Shown here in pieces: positions 13,783 through 22,025 of a stretch of 34,232 bases of DNA. A model generated the notes under the pieces. It searched no databases. It was given only the letters and a program-made list of their open reading frames with translations, and was not told the DNA's origin. Source of the stretch: an uncultured Candidatus Saccharibacteria bacterium (GTDB lineage Bacteria; Patescibacteriota; Minisyncoccia; Phycocordibacterales; Phycocordibacteraceae); assembly GCA_964418065.1 (NCBI GenBank), contig CAYQJR010000001.1, positions 8,599 to 42,830 on the forward strand, given 5' to 3'. The position numbers and the translations under genes are program-made. How positions within the stretch are numbered: the stretch's first letter is position 1; each line of letters opens with the position of its first letter.

Positions 13783-14429
13783 GTGCGCGGGTTTGATTTT
13801 GTCCACTCCACGAATCCTCCTGCTTTGTGCTCCATCGCGTCTGCCCTGCGCACGAAGCGCCAATTCCCTTTCGGCACGAGGAAATAATGCTTCCTCTCCG
13901 CAAGCGCATCAGAGATTTCCCATAGATCTTTCGCGGCGGCAATCCAGCCGGTGCCGAAGCGGCGCATATCAAGCGGCTTAGAGTAACACTCAAGCGTCTT
14001 CTCTCCAGACGGAAGCGACCACTCATGGAAATACGAGAGGGCGAGCTCGCGTGGCGTGCGGTAGACCGGATCGCGGAAGCGAATCACGGCATGGTTCGTC
14101 TTACTTATGGCACCCCAGCGGCCGCCACGCTTATAGAGCGCCACCACATGGTCCACATCGCCCTTCCCCATGCGCGCCGACAGATTCATGATGAGCGGCC
14201 GCTCGCCAGCTATCCAGAGCGCGAGCGCCGCAAGCATCGCTCCCTCAATACAGTGTGCTTTCTTTTCCTCGAGAACGCGCTGCGGCGAAAAATGCGTATC
14301 GCCCCCTTTTTCAAAATTGAAGGGGAGCGCGTCCAGAAAGTCCTGTATCTTGGTTGGAGTAGAGAGGCGCGCCAAGGTTTGGTACTCCTTCTTCGTGAGC
14401 CCCGATGCTTCGCGCGTGAGACGCTTCAT
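13779..14429 (-). CDS. Hypothetical protein with a transglutaminase/papain-like Cys-His core
   Basis: KKAHCIEGAMLAALAL (candidate nucleophile Cys) and then DVDHVVALYKRGGRWGAISKTNH. Family not securely recognised. There is a 4-nt convergent overlap with the CofE-like gene. Confidence 0.35.
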   Translation of the reverse strand: MKRLTREASGLTKKEYQTLARLSTPTKIQDFLDALPFNFEKGGDTHFSPQRVLEEKKAHCIEGAMLAALALWIAGERPLIMNLSARMGKGDVDHVVALYKRGGRWGAISKTNHAVIRFRDPVYRTPRELALSYFHEWSLPSGEKTLECYSKPLDMRRFGTGWIAAAKDLWEISDALAERKHYFLVPKGNWRFVRRADAMEHKAGGFVEWTKSNPRT

Positions 14430-14446
14430 AGCTCTAAGAATACCCC

Positions 14447-14486
14447 ATACAAGACGCGGCGCCCTCTCGGGCGCCGCGTCTTGTAT
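14447..14486 (-). terminator. Perfect 18-bp-stem hairpin between the 3D-domain gene and the next gene; no clear U-tract
   Basis: ATACAAGACGCGGCGCCC-tctc-GGGCGCCGCGTCTTGTAT. Confidence 0.5.
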
Positions 14487-14497
14487 GTACGGACTAT

Positions 14498-15043
14498 TTA
14501 TTTGAGCGCGAGCTCGGGGCCGCCCGTGACGAGTGCGGCGAGTGCGACTTGAGTTTTCGGGATGTTGTTGATATCAACATACCCCACGACGCGGATCGCG
14601 ACATCCGTGCAGATGCCAAGCACCTGAGCGGCGTTCTTCATCCCCTTATCCATCGTCTTGTAGTCCGCGTTCGTATGAAGGAGCACGTCAATACGACTCG
14701 TGTAGCGGGCATTCATAGTGTCTTCAATAACGCGGTAACCAATGACGGGCGCAACGACGCTGTACCCGCAGGTACCCTGTGTCGTTGTCGGCGCAGAGAA
14801 CTCGATGATAGTACCGAACGGCAGTTCATCGGCGAGATCCCGAGAGCGCGCGGCGATAACCTCCGGATTGGAGTATGCGCCGCTCGCCGTCTCAAAGGGG
14901 GTATCGTCGGTCTGTCCCGGAACGGCGTTATACGCAGTGAGAGTCACCACATAGCTAGGCGGTGTTTCGTTTTTTGGTGCGGAGGACACATGTGCGTTCC
15001 CCGATAAAAGCAAAAAGCCCATAAGGGCTCCTAATATGGTCAT
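14498..15043 (-). CDS. 3D (Asp-Asp-Asp) domain protein, secreted; RlpA/MltA-like double-psi beta-barrel
   Basis: Signal peptide. VTLTAYNAVPGQTDDTPFETASG and EDTMNARYTSRIDVLL motifs. Confidence 0.7.
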   Translation of the reverse strand: MTILGALMGFLLLSGNAHVSSAPKNETPPSYVVTLTAYNAVPGQTDDTPFETASGAYSNPEVIAARSRDLADELPFGTIIEFSAPTTTQGTCGYSVVAPVIGYRVIEDTMNARYTSRIDVLLHTNADYKTMDKGMKNAAQVLGICTDVAIRVVGYVDINNIPKTQVALAALVTGGPELALK

Positions 15044-15113
15044 TGGTATGTGGTTATCGAAATAGCTAGAAGCTACCTCGTTATTTAGATACTAACACAT
15101 TGACAATCTTTTG

Positions 15114-15659
15114 TCAATAGGTCTGATGAGCCTTTTTGGCGAGCAATATGCGGGCACTATGGACAGTAATGAGAGCTGTAAGAGCGCCCAATATCGCCCC
15201 GCCGATGATATCTGACGGGTAGTGTACCCCCGCAATCACCCTCCCCACGGTGATACATGCGGCGGCGAGTAAGAAGCCTATGCCCCACTGCTTATTGTAA
15301 AGATAGATCGCGGTGCCGAGCGCGAAGAAGAAGGTCGCGTGCCCTGAAGGAAACGACCATGCGCTGTCGGTGAGGAGCTGGTGTACATCGGGGAGCGCGG
15401 TAAACGGCCGCGGACGGTTGTAGAAGAAACGGATGAGTTCGGTGAGCCCGAGGCGCGCGATGACGCTTGCCGCACCGGCAACAAGAAGAAGTTCCCATTT
15501 CTCTTGCCGTGCATACTGCGAGGAGGCCACGAGAACCACGAAGGCGGTAACCACAAGATACGGGAGGTATGAAGCAATGAATACAATAACCCCATCAAGC
15601 GCGGCGGACTGCCCTGCCATGCCATTGAGGAGATAGAAGAGCTGTAGGTCGAGATTCAT
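15114..15659 (-). CDS. PAP2-family phosphatase (undecaprenyl-diphosphatase/BcrC-like)
   Basis: Motifs FFYNRPRP, PSGH and GRVIAGVHYPSDI (KxxxxxxRP / PSGH / SRxxxxxHxxxD-like). ~6 TM helices. Confidence 0.8.
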   Translation of the reverse strand: MNLDLQLFYLLNGMAGQSAALDGVIVFIASYLPYLVVTAFVVLVASSQYARQEKWELLLVAGAASVIARLGLTELIRFFYNRPRPFTALPDVHQLLTDSAWSFPSGHATFFFALGTAIYLYNKQWGIGFLLAAACITVGRVIAGVHYPSDIIGGAILGALTALITVHSARILLAKKAHQTY

Positions 15660-15680
15660 ACGAGCTTCGTGCGTGTCTCG

Positions 15681-16175
15681 TTATGCAATGGGCATGAAGC
15701 TGCCGATGGCAACACCCAGCACTATCGTCGCGCCGCCAAGGAGCGCCATCCTGATACCCCTCCAGAGCACAGGGAGCCGCGAGAGGCGCGCACTAATCAT
15801 CCCGACAATGAAGAGGGCTACCGCTGATAAGCCGATTGACGCATAGAGCGCGGTGCTCGCGGAGAATAGGATGTATGGCGTAAGCGGAATGAGAGAGGCG
15901 AGGACGCAAGAAATAAACATAAAGAGCGCCGAGATGATAGAGGGGCGGTCTTTCACATTGGACTGGCTTACGTACTCTTCTGCCGATTCTTCAGAAAGGA
16001 AGTCCCCCATCGCCATTGAAAACGACTCCACCAGCGTATAGATAATGCCCGTGAGAATGATGGTCTTTGTTGGGACGCCGGCGACGCTCACTCCGGCGAG
16101 AAAGCCGACCGTGGACACAAGACTGTCGTTGATGCCGAAGATGACTGAGCGCAGATAGAGCGCATTTATTTTCAT
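15681..16175 (-). CDS. VIT1/CCC1 family iron/manganese transporter
   Basis: LRSVIFGINDSLVSTVGFLAGVS, an acidic loop (EESAEEY), and C-terminal TM helices. Confidence 0.7.
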   Translation of the reverse strand: MKINALYLRSVIFGINDSLVSTVGFLAGVSVAGVPTKTIILTGIIYTLVESFSMAMGDFLSEESAEEYVSQSNVKDRPSIISALFMFISCVLASLIPLTPYILFSASTALYASIGLSAVALFIVGMISARLSRLPVLWRGIRMALLGGATIVLGVAIGSFMPIA

Positions 16176-16202
16176 ATCTCAAATGGTAGCACGCAAAAGA
16201 GA

Positions 16203-16228
16203 CGTCCCTAGCCGCGAGGCTAGGGACG
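16203..16228 (-). terminator. Rho-independent terminator after the PLP-enzyme gene
   Basis: CGTCCCTAGCC-gcga-GGCTAGGGACG. On the minus strand it is followed by TCTCTTTTG. Confidence 0.65.
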
Positions 16229-16241
16229 AATACTACGGGGC

Positions 16242-17207
16242 TCAGAGCCCTTGATGCGTGTCGAGCTCGCCGAGTGTCCGGTCTGAATAGAACCGTCCGT
16301 CGTCTGGGCAAATGAACCCGACAGAGCTACCTTTCAGTTTGCTGAGTTTTTCTATTCCCAGACCTCCGAGAAAATACCGCAGTCCCATGAATGCAAGACC
16401 CGATGTGGGTCCCGGTTGAGGTTCTACAGCGCCCCAGAGCTGCCGCATCCCGATGAAAGATTCCTTGCGACCGATTTCAACGACTCGGTCAACAACCTTC
16501 TTCCACGGAAGCGTAACGACTTCCTCCATCTTCTTCTGGTCGCGAGCGCCCGGCACCTGCTCGCCGAGCTTGGGACGAACACCCACGATAAACGTCTTCT
16601 TGAAGAAAGTACCGACACCGCCGACCGTACCGCCCGAACCCATAGCAACAGCAAGAACTGCCGGCACCTTCCCGAGTACTCGGAGTATTTCGGGACCGGT
16701 GTAGAGCTCGTGAGCGTTCATATTGCCCATATGACTGTACTGGTTGAGGTGATAGTGCCCATTCCTGCGTGCTTCCTGCTTCGCCCTGCGGGAGACGCTC
16801 TTGCCGCCACCGACCTCGATGATTTCAACCGAAGAAAGCGCGGCCAGAATACCTTTCTTGCTGTCGGGAACATCTGCAGAGAGGACAACCTTGACCTCGC
16901 GAAAACCAAACGCTTTTGCGAGCCGCGCCACTGCGTGGGCAGTGTTCCCGCTCGAATCAACTACGATGGTGTGCTTGTCGCGGTAGAGACCTTTCTTGAA
17001 ATCCTCCATCATCATCCGCCATGTCGGGATGGTCTTGATGTGCGGGAATTTCGTGAACGGAATCAGCGCTGCAATTCTCATGTCATACCGCACGAACGGA
17101 TTAAGTTCCGGCGGGAGCCAGCGTACCTCCATAAATTGCCTGAGGCCGCCTGGGTACAACGCGTCTGATATCGGGTCTGCATACACTTGCGCGAGTGTGC
17201 GTTTCAT
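16242..17207 (-). CDS. PLP-dependent enzyme, tryptophan-synthase-beta/cysteine-synthase fold (PALP)
   Basis: SSGNTAHAVA and AMGSGGTVGG glycine loops. The candidate PLP lysine is in FPHIKTIP. Good SD (AAAGGGGAAAAG). Substrate not inferable. Confidence 0.6.
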   Translation of the reverse strand: MKRTLAQVYADPISDALYPGGLRQFMEVRWLPPELNPFVRYDMRIAALIPFTKFPHIKTIPTWRMMMEDFKKGLYRDKHTIVVDSSGNTAHAVARLAKAFGFREVKVVLSADVPDSKKGILAALSSVEIIEVGGGKSVSRRAKQEARRNGHYHLNQYSHMGNMNAHELYTGPEILRVLGKVPAVLAVAMGSGGTVGGVGTFFKKTFIVGVRPKLGEQVPGARDQKKMEEVVTLPWKKVVDRVVEIGRKESFIGMRQLWGAVEPQPGPTSGLAFMGLRYFLGGLGIEKLSKLKGSSVGFICPDDGRFYSDRTLGELDTHQGL

Positions 17208-17316
17208 TCTTTTCCCCTTTCAGGAGGTAGGGAGCTGAGAAAGCAAAGGGCCCTTCGGGTTACAAAGGGCTTCTGAGAAAGAGCATACCCTTATTTATTC
17301 CGGAGTCAAAATAACG

Positions 17317-17337
17317 CCCCAGCCGCAGGGGCTGGGG
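17317..17337 (-). terminator. Rho-independent terminator after the 17350..17613 ORF
   Basis: CCCCAGCC-gcagg-GGCTGGGG. On the minus strand it is followed by CGTTATTTTGA. Confidence 0.55.
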
Positions 17338-17349
17338 GCGCGAGTAGTG

Positions 17350-17613
17350 TCAGTCGTGGTCGCCGCCGAGATGAACGCCGGCATCTTGAGACGCCGGGAA
17401 CACTCCGGCGAAAGTGCGAACATCGTCGTAAAACTCGCGCTCATTGGCGGTGAATCCAGGAAGATGTTCCGGCCATATCACTGCATTGTCGGCGCCGAAG
17501 AATCGTGACGCCACCGCGGCCGCCGACACCGTCCTTTCTTCCGATTGAGCGCCTTTTCTCACAGCTTCGGTAAAGGCGCGCAGGTCGAACTCGCTTGGGC
17601 TGAACAGGGGCAT
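17350..17613 (-). CDS. Hypothetical 87-aa protein
   Basis: ATG start, own terminator, and balanced composition. No family recognised. Confidence 0.45.
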   Translation of the reverse strand: MPLFSPSEFDLRAFTEAVRKGAQSEERTVSAAAVASRFFGADNAVIWPEHLPGFTANEREFYDDVRTFAGVFPASQDAGVHLGGDHD

Positions 17614-17677
17614 TTGAGTACCTCGTCTGTAGAAAGATGCGAACGAATGTCCGATCCGAGAATAATGATACTCCTAT

Positions 17678-18052
17678 TTACTTTGGGCGCCAACCTTTCT
17701 TGACCTTAGTGATTCGGTTCTTACCGTCCATAAAAACGAGGGTGGGACTCATTTTCGCAGCTTCTGCGGGCGTAACCCATCCTTCTGCGAGGATGATGAC
17801 GATGTCGCCTTTCTGGAAGAGGCGGGCGGGCGGGCCGTTCAGGACAATCTCTCCCTTTCCCTTTTTGCCCTTCAGGATGTAGGTGCGCCAGGAGACTGCG
17901 TTTGAAGCGTTGTTTATCGTCACCATTTGCCCCGGGACGAGTCCGGCGGCGTGAAGCAGAGCCTCGTCAATGGTGATAGAGCCGACATACGCGAGGTCAG
18001 CGTCGGTGACCGTCGCGCGGTGCAGCTTCGCGATGCAGACATTTACTAACAT
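17678..18052 (-). CDS. panD: Aspartate 1-decarboxylase (pyruvoyl-dependent)
   Basis: KLHRATVTDADLAYVGSITIDEALL (Gly-Ser self-cleavage site) ... TYILKG...GEIVLNGPPARL..KGDIVIIL. Confidence 0.88.
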   Translation of the reverse strand: MLVNVCIAKLHRATVTDADLAYVGSITIDEALLHAAGLVPGQMVTINNASNAVSWRTYILKGKKGKGEIVLNGPPARLFQKGDIVIILAEGWVTPAEAAKMSPTLVFMDGKNRITKVKKGWRPK

Positions 18053-18114
18053 TTCGGAAATATATCACATCATAGGGAGCTCTGCGAGTGCTATTCTAAA
18101 GAGGATATAGCTCT

Positions 18115-19251
18115 ATGAATTTCTATTTCTGGGTGAATATTATCGCACTGCTCTTTTCCTTCTTCGTCGTCGGAGCGCTCCTTGGCGCACTCCTCTCCGA
18201 CTCTGTTCATACGAGGATTGCGAGACTGGTTAAATCGCTCCGCAACCCGATCCTGCGGCCGGGGATGAATCCGTGGACGGCCGGGGCGGTGATGAATCCT
18301 GCGGCCGCCGTACTCGGCGGCCGGACGCACCTCGTCTATCGCGCAATCGGCACCGACGGCGTGTCACGACTCGGATATGCGAGCAGCCCCGACGGAATCC
18401 TCTTTGACAAGCGCCTGCCCTACCCGGTCTATGTCGCCCAGAAGCCGCGCGACCTCCCCGGCCATGCCAAGCAATACTCGCCCATTCTCTACCCCTCGGG
18501 CGGCTCGTGGGGCGGCTGTGAAGATCCGCGTATGGTATGTATCGAGGGCCGCGTCTATATCACTTTCAATATGTTTGACGGCTGGGATTACATCCGCGTT
18601 GCATCAATCTCAATCAGCGAAGAGGATTTTCTCTCGGGACAATTCTGGAAATGGGACGGACCGCATATCCTCTCGCCGCCGCAGCAAATTCATAAAAACT
18701 GGGTCCTCTTCCCCGAGAAGATTAACGGGAAGTACGCCATTCTTCACAGCGTTGTGCCGAAGATAGAAATCGCGTACCGAGATGCGATGGAGGATATCGG
18801 CACTGCCGAGCCGTTTATTGAGAGCTGGGCGGGTCCTCGAGACGCTCTGCCGGCGCGCGAGGGCGGCTGGGACAGCTTCATCCGCGGTGCGGGTCCGCCG
18901 CCCGTGAGAACGCCCCGAGGCTGGCTCCTCCTCTATCACGCGATAGACGGGCACGACCCGGGCCGCTATAAGCTCGGCGCGATGCTCCTTGACCTTACTG
19001 ACCCGACGAGGGTGCTCTACCGTTCTTCCTCCCCGATTCTCTCCCCCGACGAGGTATATGAAAATAACGGCAAGCCCGGCATCGTTTACGCCTGCGGTGC
19101 GGTTGTCCGCAATGGAACGCTCTTCGTCTACTACGGCGGCGCTGACAAGATTATCGCCGTTGCAACGACAAAACTGGACACCTTCCTTGACGCGCTCATT
19201 AAAGGCAGTCAGCCGTCGCTTGCAACAAGCGTCCCTGCCCAGACGCCATAA
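18115..19251 (+). CDS. GH130-family (DUF377) glycoside phosphorylase/hydrolase-like protein with an N-terminal TM anchor
   Basis: TM helix (NIIALLFSFFVVGALLGALL), then NPAAAVLGGRTHLVYRAIG...LGYASSPDG...GGCEDPRMV...ITFNMFDG...LLYHAID...YKLGAMLLDL.DPT...GIVYACGAV..NGTLFVYYGGADK. Confidence 0.8.
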   Translation: MNFYFWVNIIALLFSFFVVGALLGALLSDSVHTRIARLVKSLRNPILRPGMNPWTAGAVMNPAAAVLGGRTHLVYRAIGTDGVSRLGYASSPDGILFDKRLPYPVYVAQKPRDLPGHAKQYSPILYPSGGSWGGCEDPRMVCIEGRVYITFNMFDGWDYIRVASISISEEDFLSGQFWKWDGPHILSPPQQIHKNWVLFPEKINGKYAILHSVVPKIEIAYRDAMEDIGTAEPFIESWAGPRDALPAREGGWDSFIRGAGPPPVRTPRGWLLLYHAIDGHDPGRYKLGAMLLDLTDPTRVLYRSSSPILSPDEVYENNGKPGIVYACGAVVRNGTLFVYYGGADKIIAVATTKLDTFLDALIKGSQPSLATSVPAQTP

Positions 19252-19254
19252 CTT

Positions 19255-21156
19255 ATGTTTGTCATCCGCCGAGAACCCCATAATCCGATACTCTCGCCTC
19301 GCCACGAGCACCCGTGGGAGACGCTCGCGACCTTTAATCCGTCGGTTATCCGCGACGGGAATGGATGGCGCTTGTACTATCGCGCGCTCGCGAGCCCTGC
19401 GGCGCTGGTCTCGCCGTATGCAGGCCAGTCAACCATCGGCGAAGCGTTTTCCGAAGACGGGGTGCATTTCGGCAACCGCCGCCAGGTGCTGATGCCCCAG
19501 GAACAGTGGGAGGCGTTCGGCTGCGAAGACCCGCGTGCAACCGTCTTTGAGGGCGTGACCTATCTCTCCTATACCGCGCTTGGCGGCTACCCCTTCAACA
19601 AAGACAACATCAAGGTCGGCATCGCTATCGCGAGGGATGGGAAGAATTTCACCGAACGGCACCTCGTCACGCCCTTCAACGCAAAAGCGTTTGCGCTCTT
19701 CCCCGATCGCGTTGAAGGCAAGGTCGCGGCGATGCTCTCGGTGCACACCGACGAGCCGCCAACCGAGGTGTGCCTCGTCTACGCGGATAGCGTTGAGGAC
19801 TTCTGGTCGCCTTCCTTCTGGGAGAAATGGTATAGCGACTGGAAGTCGCACGCGCTCAAACTAAAACGGAGCGAAAATGATCAAGTGGAGGTCGGGAGTG
19901 TGCCGCTACTGACTCAGCACGGCTGGCTCATCTTCTATGCGTACATCGAGAATTATTTCAGCGCCCACGAGCGCGTATTTTCAGTTGAGGCCGCGCTGCT
20001 TGACCGCGATGACCCTTCAAGAATCATCAGTCGTACCGAGTCCATTATGGTCCCCGAGGAGATTTATGAGGAGTACGGCATCGTACCCAATATCGTCTTC
20101 CCTACTGCAGCAAGCATCGGCGAAGGCGGCCAGCTTGACCTGTGGTACGGTGCGGCCGACACCGTCTGCGCAAAGGCTTCAGTGAAGCTCCACGACCTGA
20201 TGCGTGCCCTTGACCCGGAGCAGCCGGCGCGCACCTTCAATCGTGCGAGGGAAAATCCCATCCTCGCTCCAAGAGGCGGCGGCTTCGAGAGTCGGGGTGT
20301 CTTCAACCCCGCGGCAATTGACCTCAATGGTTCGGTCTATATTCTCTACCGCGCGATGGATGCGGCGAACACCTCAACTATCGGGCTCGCGATCTCAAAA
20401 GACGCGACAACAATTGACGAGCGCCTGGACAATCCTATCTATGTCCCGCGGGCTGACTTTGAGCAGAAGAAAGGGAGCCCGACAGGAAACTCTGGTTGCG
20501 AAGACCCGCGCATCGTGCGTATTGTTGATATGCTCCACCTCACCTACACGGCCTATGACGGCGTCCACTCCCCCGCCGGCGCAATTTCATCAATCAGCGT
20601 TGACGATTTCCTCGCGCGGCGATGGGAGATGTGGAGCGCACCATTCCTCCTTACCCCCGACAATGTGGACGACAAAGACCTGGCGCTCCTGTCCGAAAAA
20701 GTTGACGGGAATTATCTGCTCTACCACCGCGTGAGCGGCCAAATCTGCGCCGATCTCCTCCCCGACCTCGCTTCAGGCAAACGAGTCAGTCGCTGCATTG
20801 AGGTTCTGGGTCCCCGGCGAGGTATGTGGGACAGCGAGAAGGTCGGGAGCGCGGCGCCAGCTATCAAGGTGGGTGACAAGTGGCTGATGATTTATCATGG
20901 TGTCTCACGGCACGCGACCTATCGCCTCGGCGCCGCGCTCTTGGACGCCTCCGGCACGGGCGTCCTCGCACGCACCGCCGACCCCATCTTTGAACCGCTT
21001 GAGCGGTATGAAAAGGAGGGTGAAGTCGCGAATGTCGTCTTTTCGTGCGGAGCGGTTGTGCGCGGCGATACCGTGTTTCTCTACTACGGCGGCGCGGACA
21101 GAGTCATCGGGGTCGCGAGCGCATCGCTCGCGCATATGCTGGACGCACTTTCATGA
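19255..21156 (+). CDS. Tandem double GH130-domain protein
   Basis: There are two complete units. Unit 1 reads NPIL...TFNPSVI...YYRAL...GCEDPRATV...YTALGG...DLWYGAADT. Unit 2 reads NPILAP...VFNPAAI...LYRAMD...GCEDPRIV...YTAYDG...MIYHGV...YRLGAALLD...FLYYGGADR. Confidence 0.8.
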   Translation: MFVIRREPHNPILSPRHEHPWETLATFNPSVIRDGNGWRLYYRALASPAALVSPYAGQSTIGEAFSEDGVHFGNRRQVLMPQEQWEAFGCEDPRATVFEGVTYLSYTALGGYPFNKDNIKVGIAIARDGKNFTERHLVTPFNAKAFALFPDRVEGKVAAMLSVHTDEPPTEVCLVYADSVEDFWSPSFWEKWYSDWKSHALKLKRSENDQVEVGSVPLLTQHGWLIFYAYIENYFSAHERVFSVEAALLDRDDPSRIISRTESIMVPEEIYEEYGIVPNIVFPTAASIGEGGQLDLWYGAADTVCAKASVKLHDLMRALDPEQPARTFNRARENPILAPRGGGFESRGVFNPAAIDLNGSVYILYRAMDAANTSTIGLAISKDATTIDERLDNPIYVPRADFEQKKGSPTGNSGCEDPRIVRIVDMLHLTYTAYDGVHSPAGAISSISVDDFLARRWEMWSAPFLLTPDNVDDKDLALLSEKVDGNYLLYHRVSGQICADLLPDLASGKRVSRCIEVLGPRRGMWDSEKVGSAAPAIKVGDKWLMIYHGVSRHATYRLGAALLDASGTGVLARTADPIFEPLERYEKEGEVANVVFSCGAVVRGDTVFLYYGGADRVIGVASASLAHMLDALS

Positions 21157-21275
21157 AGCGGATGAGAACATACGCCGAGAAGAACGTGTCGGAACGCGAC
21201 GGCGTGAGACCCAGCAAATTTCTAGCAAGAAATTATGCGTGTTCTTCGAGGTGTATGTTTGAATGAACAACTGCT

Positions 21276-22025
21276 ATGAAAAAACTTATCATTTTTGACC
21301 TTGATGGTACGCTCGCAGAGAGCAAACAGCCCCTCTCCCATGAGATGGCGCTTGCGCTGTCAAAGCTCCTTGTAGTGACGAAGGTCGGGGTTATCTCGGG
21401 CGGCGCGCTCTCGCAGTTCTTGAAACAGGTCGTCTCTCAGCTCCCGGTGGATACGAAGCTTGCTCATCTCTACCTCCTGCCGATCTCGGGCGCGGCGCTC
21501 TATGAATTCAGAAATGATAATTGGAAGAAGATATACGAAGAACGTCTTTCAGAAAGAGAAAAGGACACCATTGAGGCGGCGATGCGGGAGGCGGCAGGAG
21601 AGACTGGCACCATTGATTTCGCGGAGAGCGTCTATGGAGAACGCATTGAATATCGCGGTGGACAGGTGACCCTCTCTGCGCTAGGACAGCAAGCACCTAT
21701 CGAGCTCAAAAAGAAATGGGACCCGGATCACGCGAAGCGCAAAGTACTTCAGGCGAATATTGCAATGCGGCTACCAGCGTTCTCGGTCGGCATCGGCGGC
21801 GTGACAAGCATTGATGTTACAAAGCGCGGAGTTGATAAGGCCTACGGCGTCCGCAAGCTCTGCGAGCGCACGAATATCCAGGAGTCCGAGGCGCTCTATA
21901 TCGGCGACGAGCTTGAAAGCGGCGGGAATGACGAGGCAGTGTACAAGACGCGGGTCGCGACCTGTGTAGTGGCCGACCCGTCCGACACCCTTCGTACGAT
22001 TAAAACTATTCTCAGTGCCGCATAA
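21276..22025 (+). CDS. HAD-IIB hydrolase, phosphomannomutase (PMM)-like
   Basis: Motif I is FDLDGTL, motif II is VISGG, and motif IV is IGDELESGGNDEAV. The cap region RIEYRGGQVTLSALGQ...IGGVTSIDVTKRGVDKAYG resembles eukaryotic-type PMM. Confidence 0.6.
   Translation: MKKLIIFDLDGTLAESKQPLSHEMALALSKLLVVTKVGVISGGALSQFLKQVVSQLPVDTKLAHLYLLPISGAALYEFRNDNWKKIYEERLSEREKDTIEAAMREAAGETGTIDFAESVYGERIEYRGGQVTLSALGQQAPIELKKKWDPDHAKRKVLQANIAMRLPAFSVGIGGVTSIDVTKRGVDKAYGVRKLCERTNIQESEALYIGDELESGGNDEAVYKTRVATCVVADPSDTLRTIKTILSAA

Noticed and set aside
13069-13863. 264-aa minus-strand ORF overlapping the CofE-like gene. Similar long antisense ORFs occur at 4519..5127, 16416..17168, 18610..19311 and 23228..23812.
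   Set aside because: Their Arg/Gly/Ala-rich, low-information composition is typical of stop-poor antisense frames in GC-rich DNA. In each case the opposite strand encodes a protein with recognisable family motifs.
15123-15150. CTGATGAG followed by a short GCC/GGC stem (hammerhead-like core)
   Set aside because: The required GAAA/CGAAAC element after stem II is missing (the sequence reads GAGCAA), and the site lies inside the PAP2 phosphatase coding sequence.
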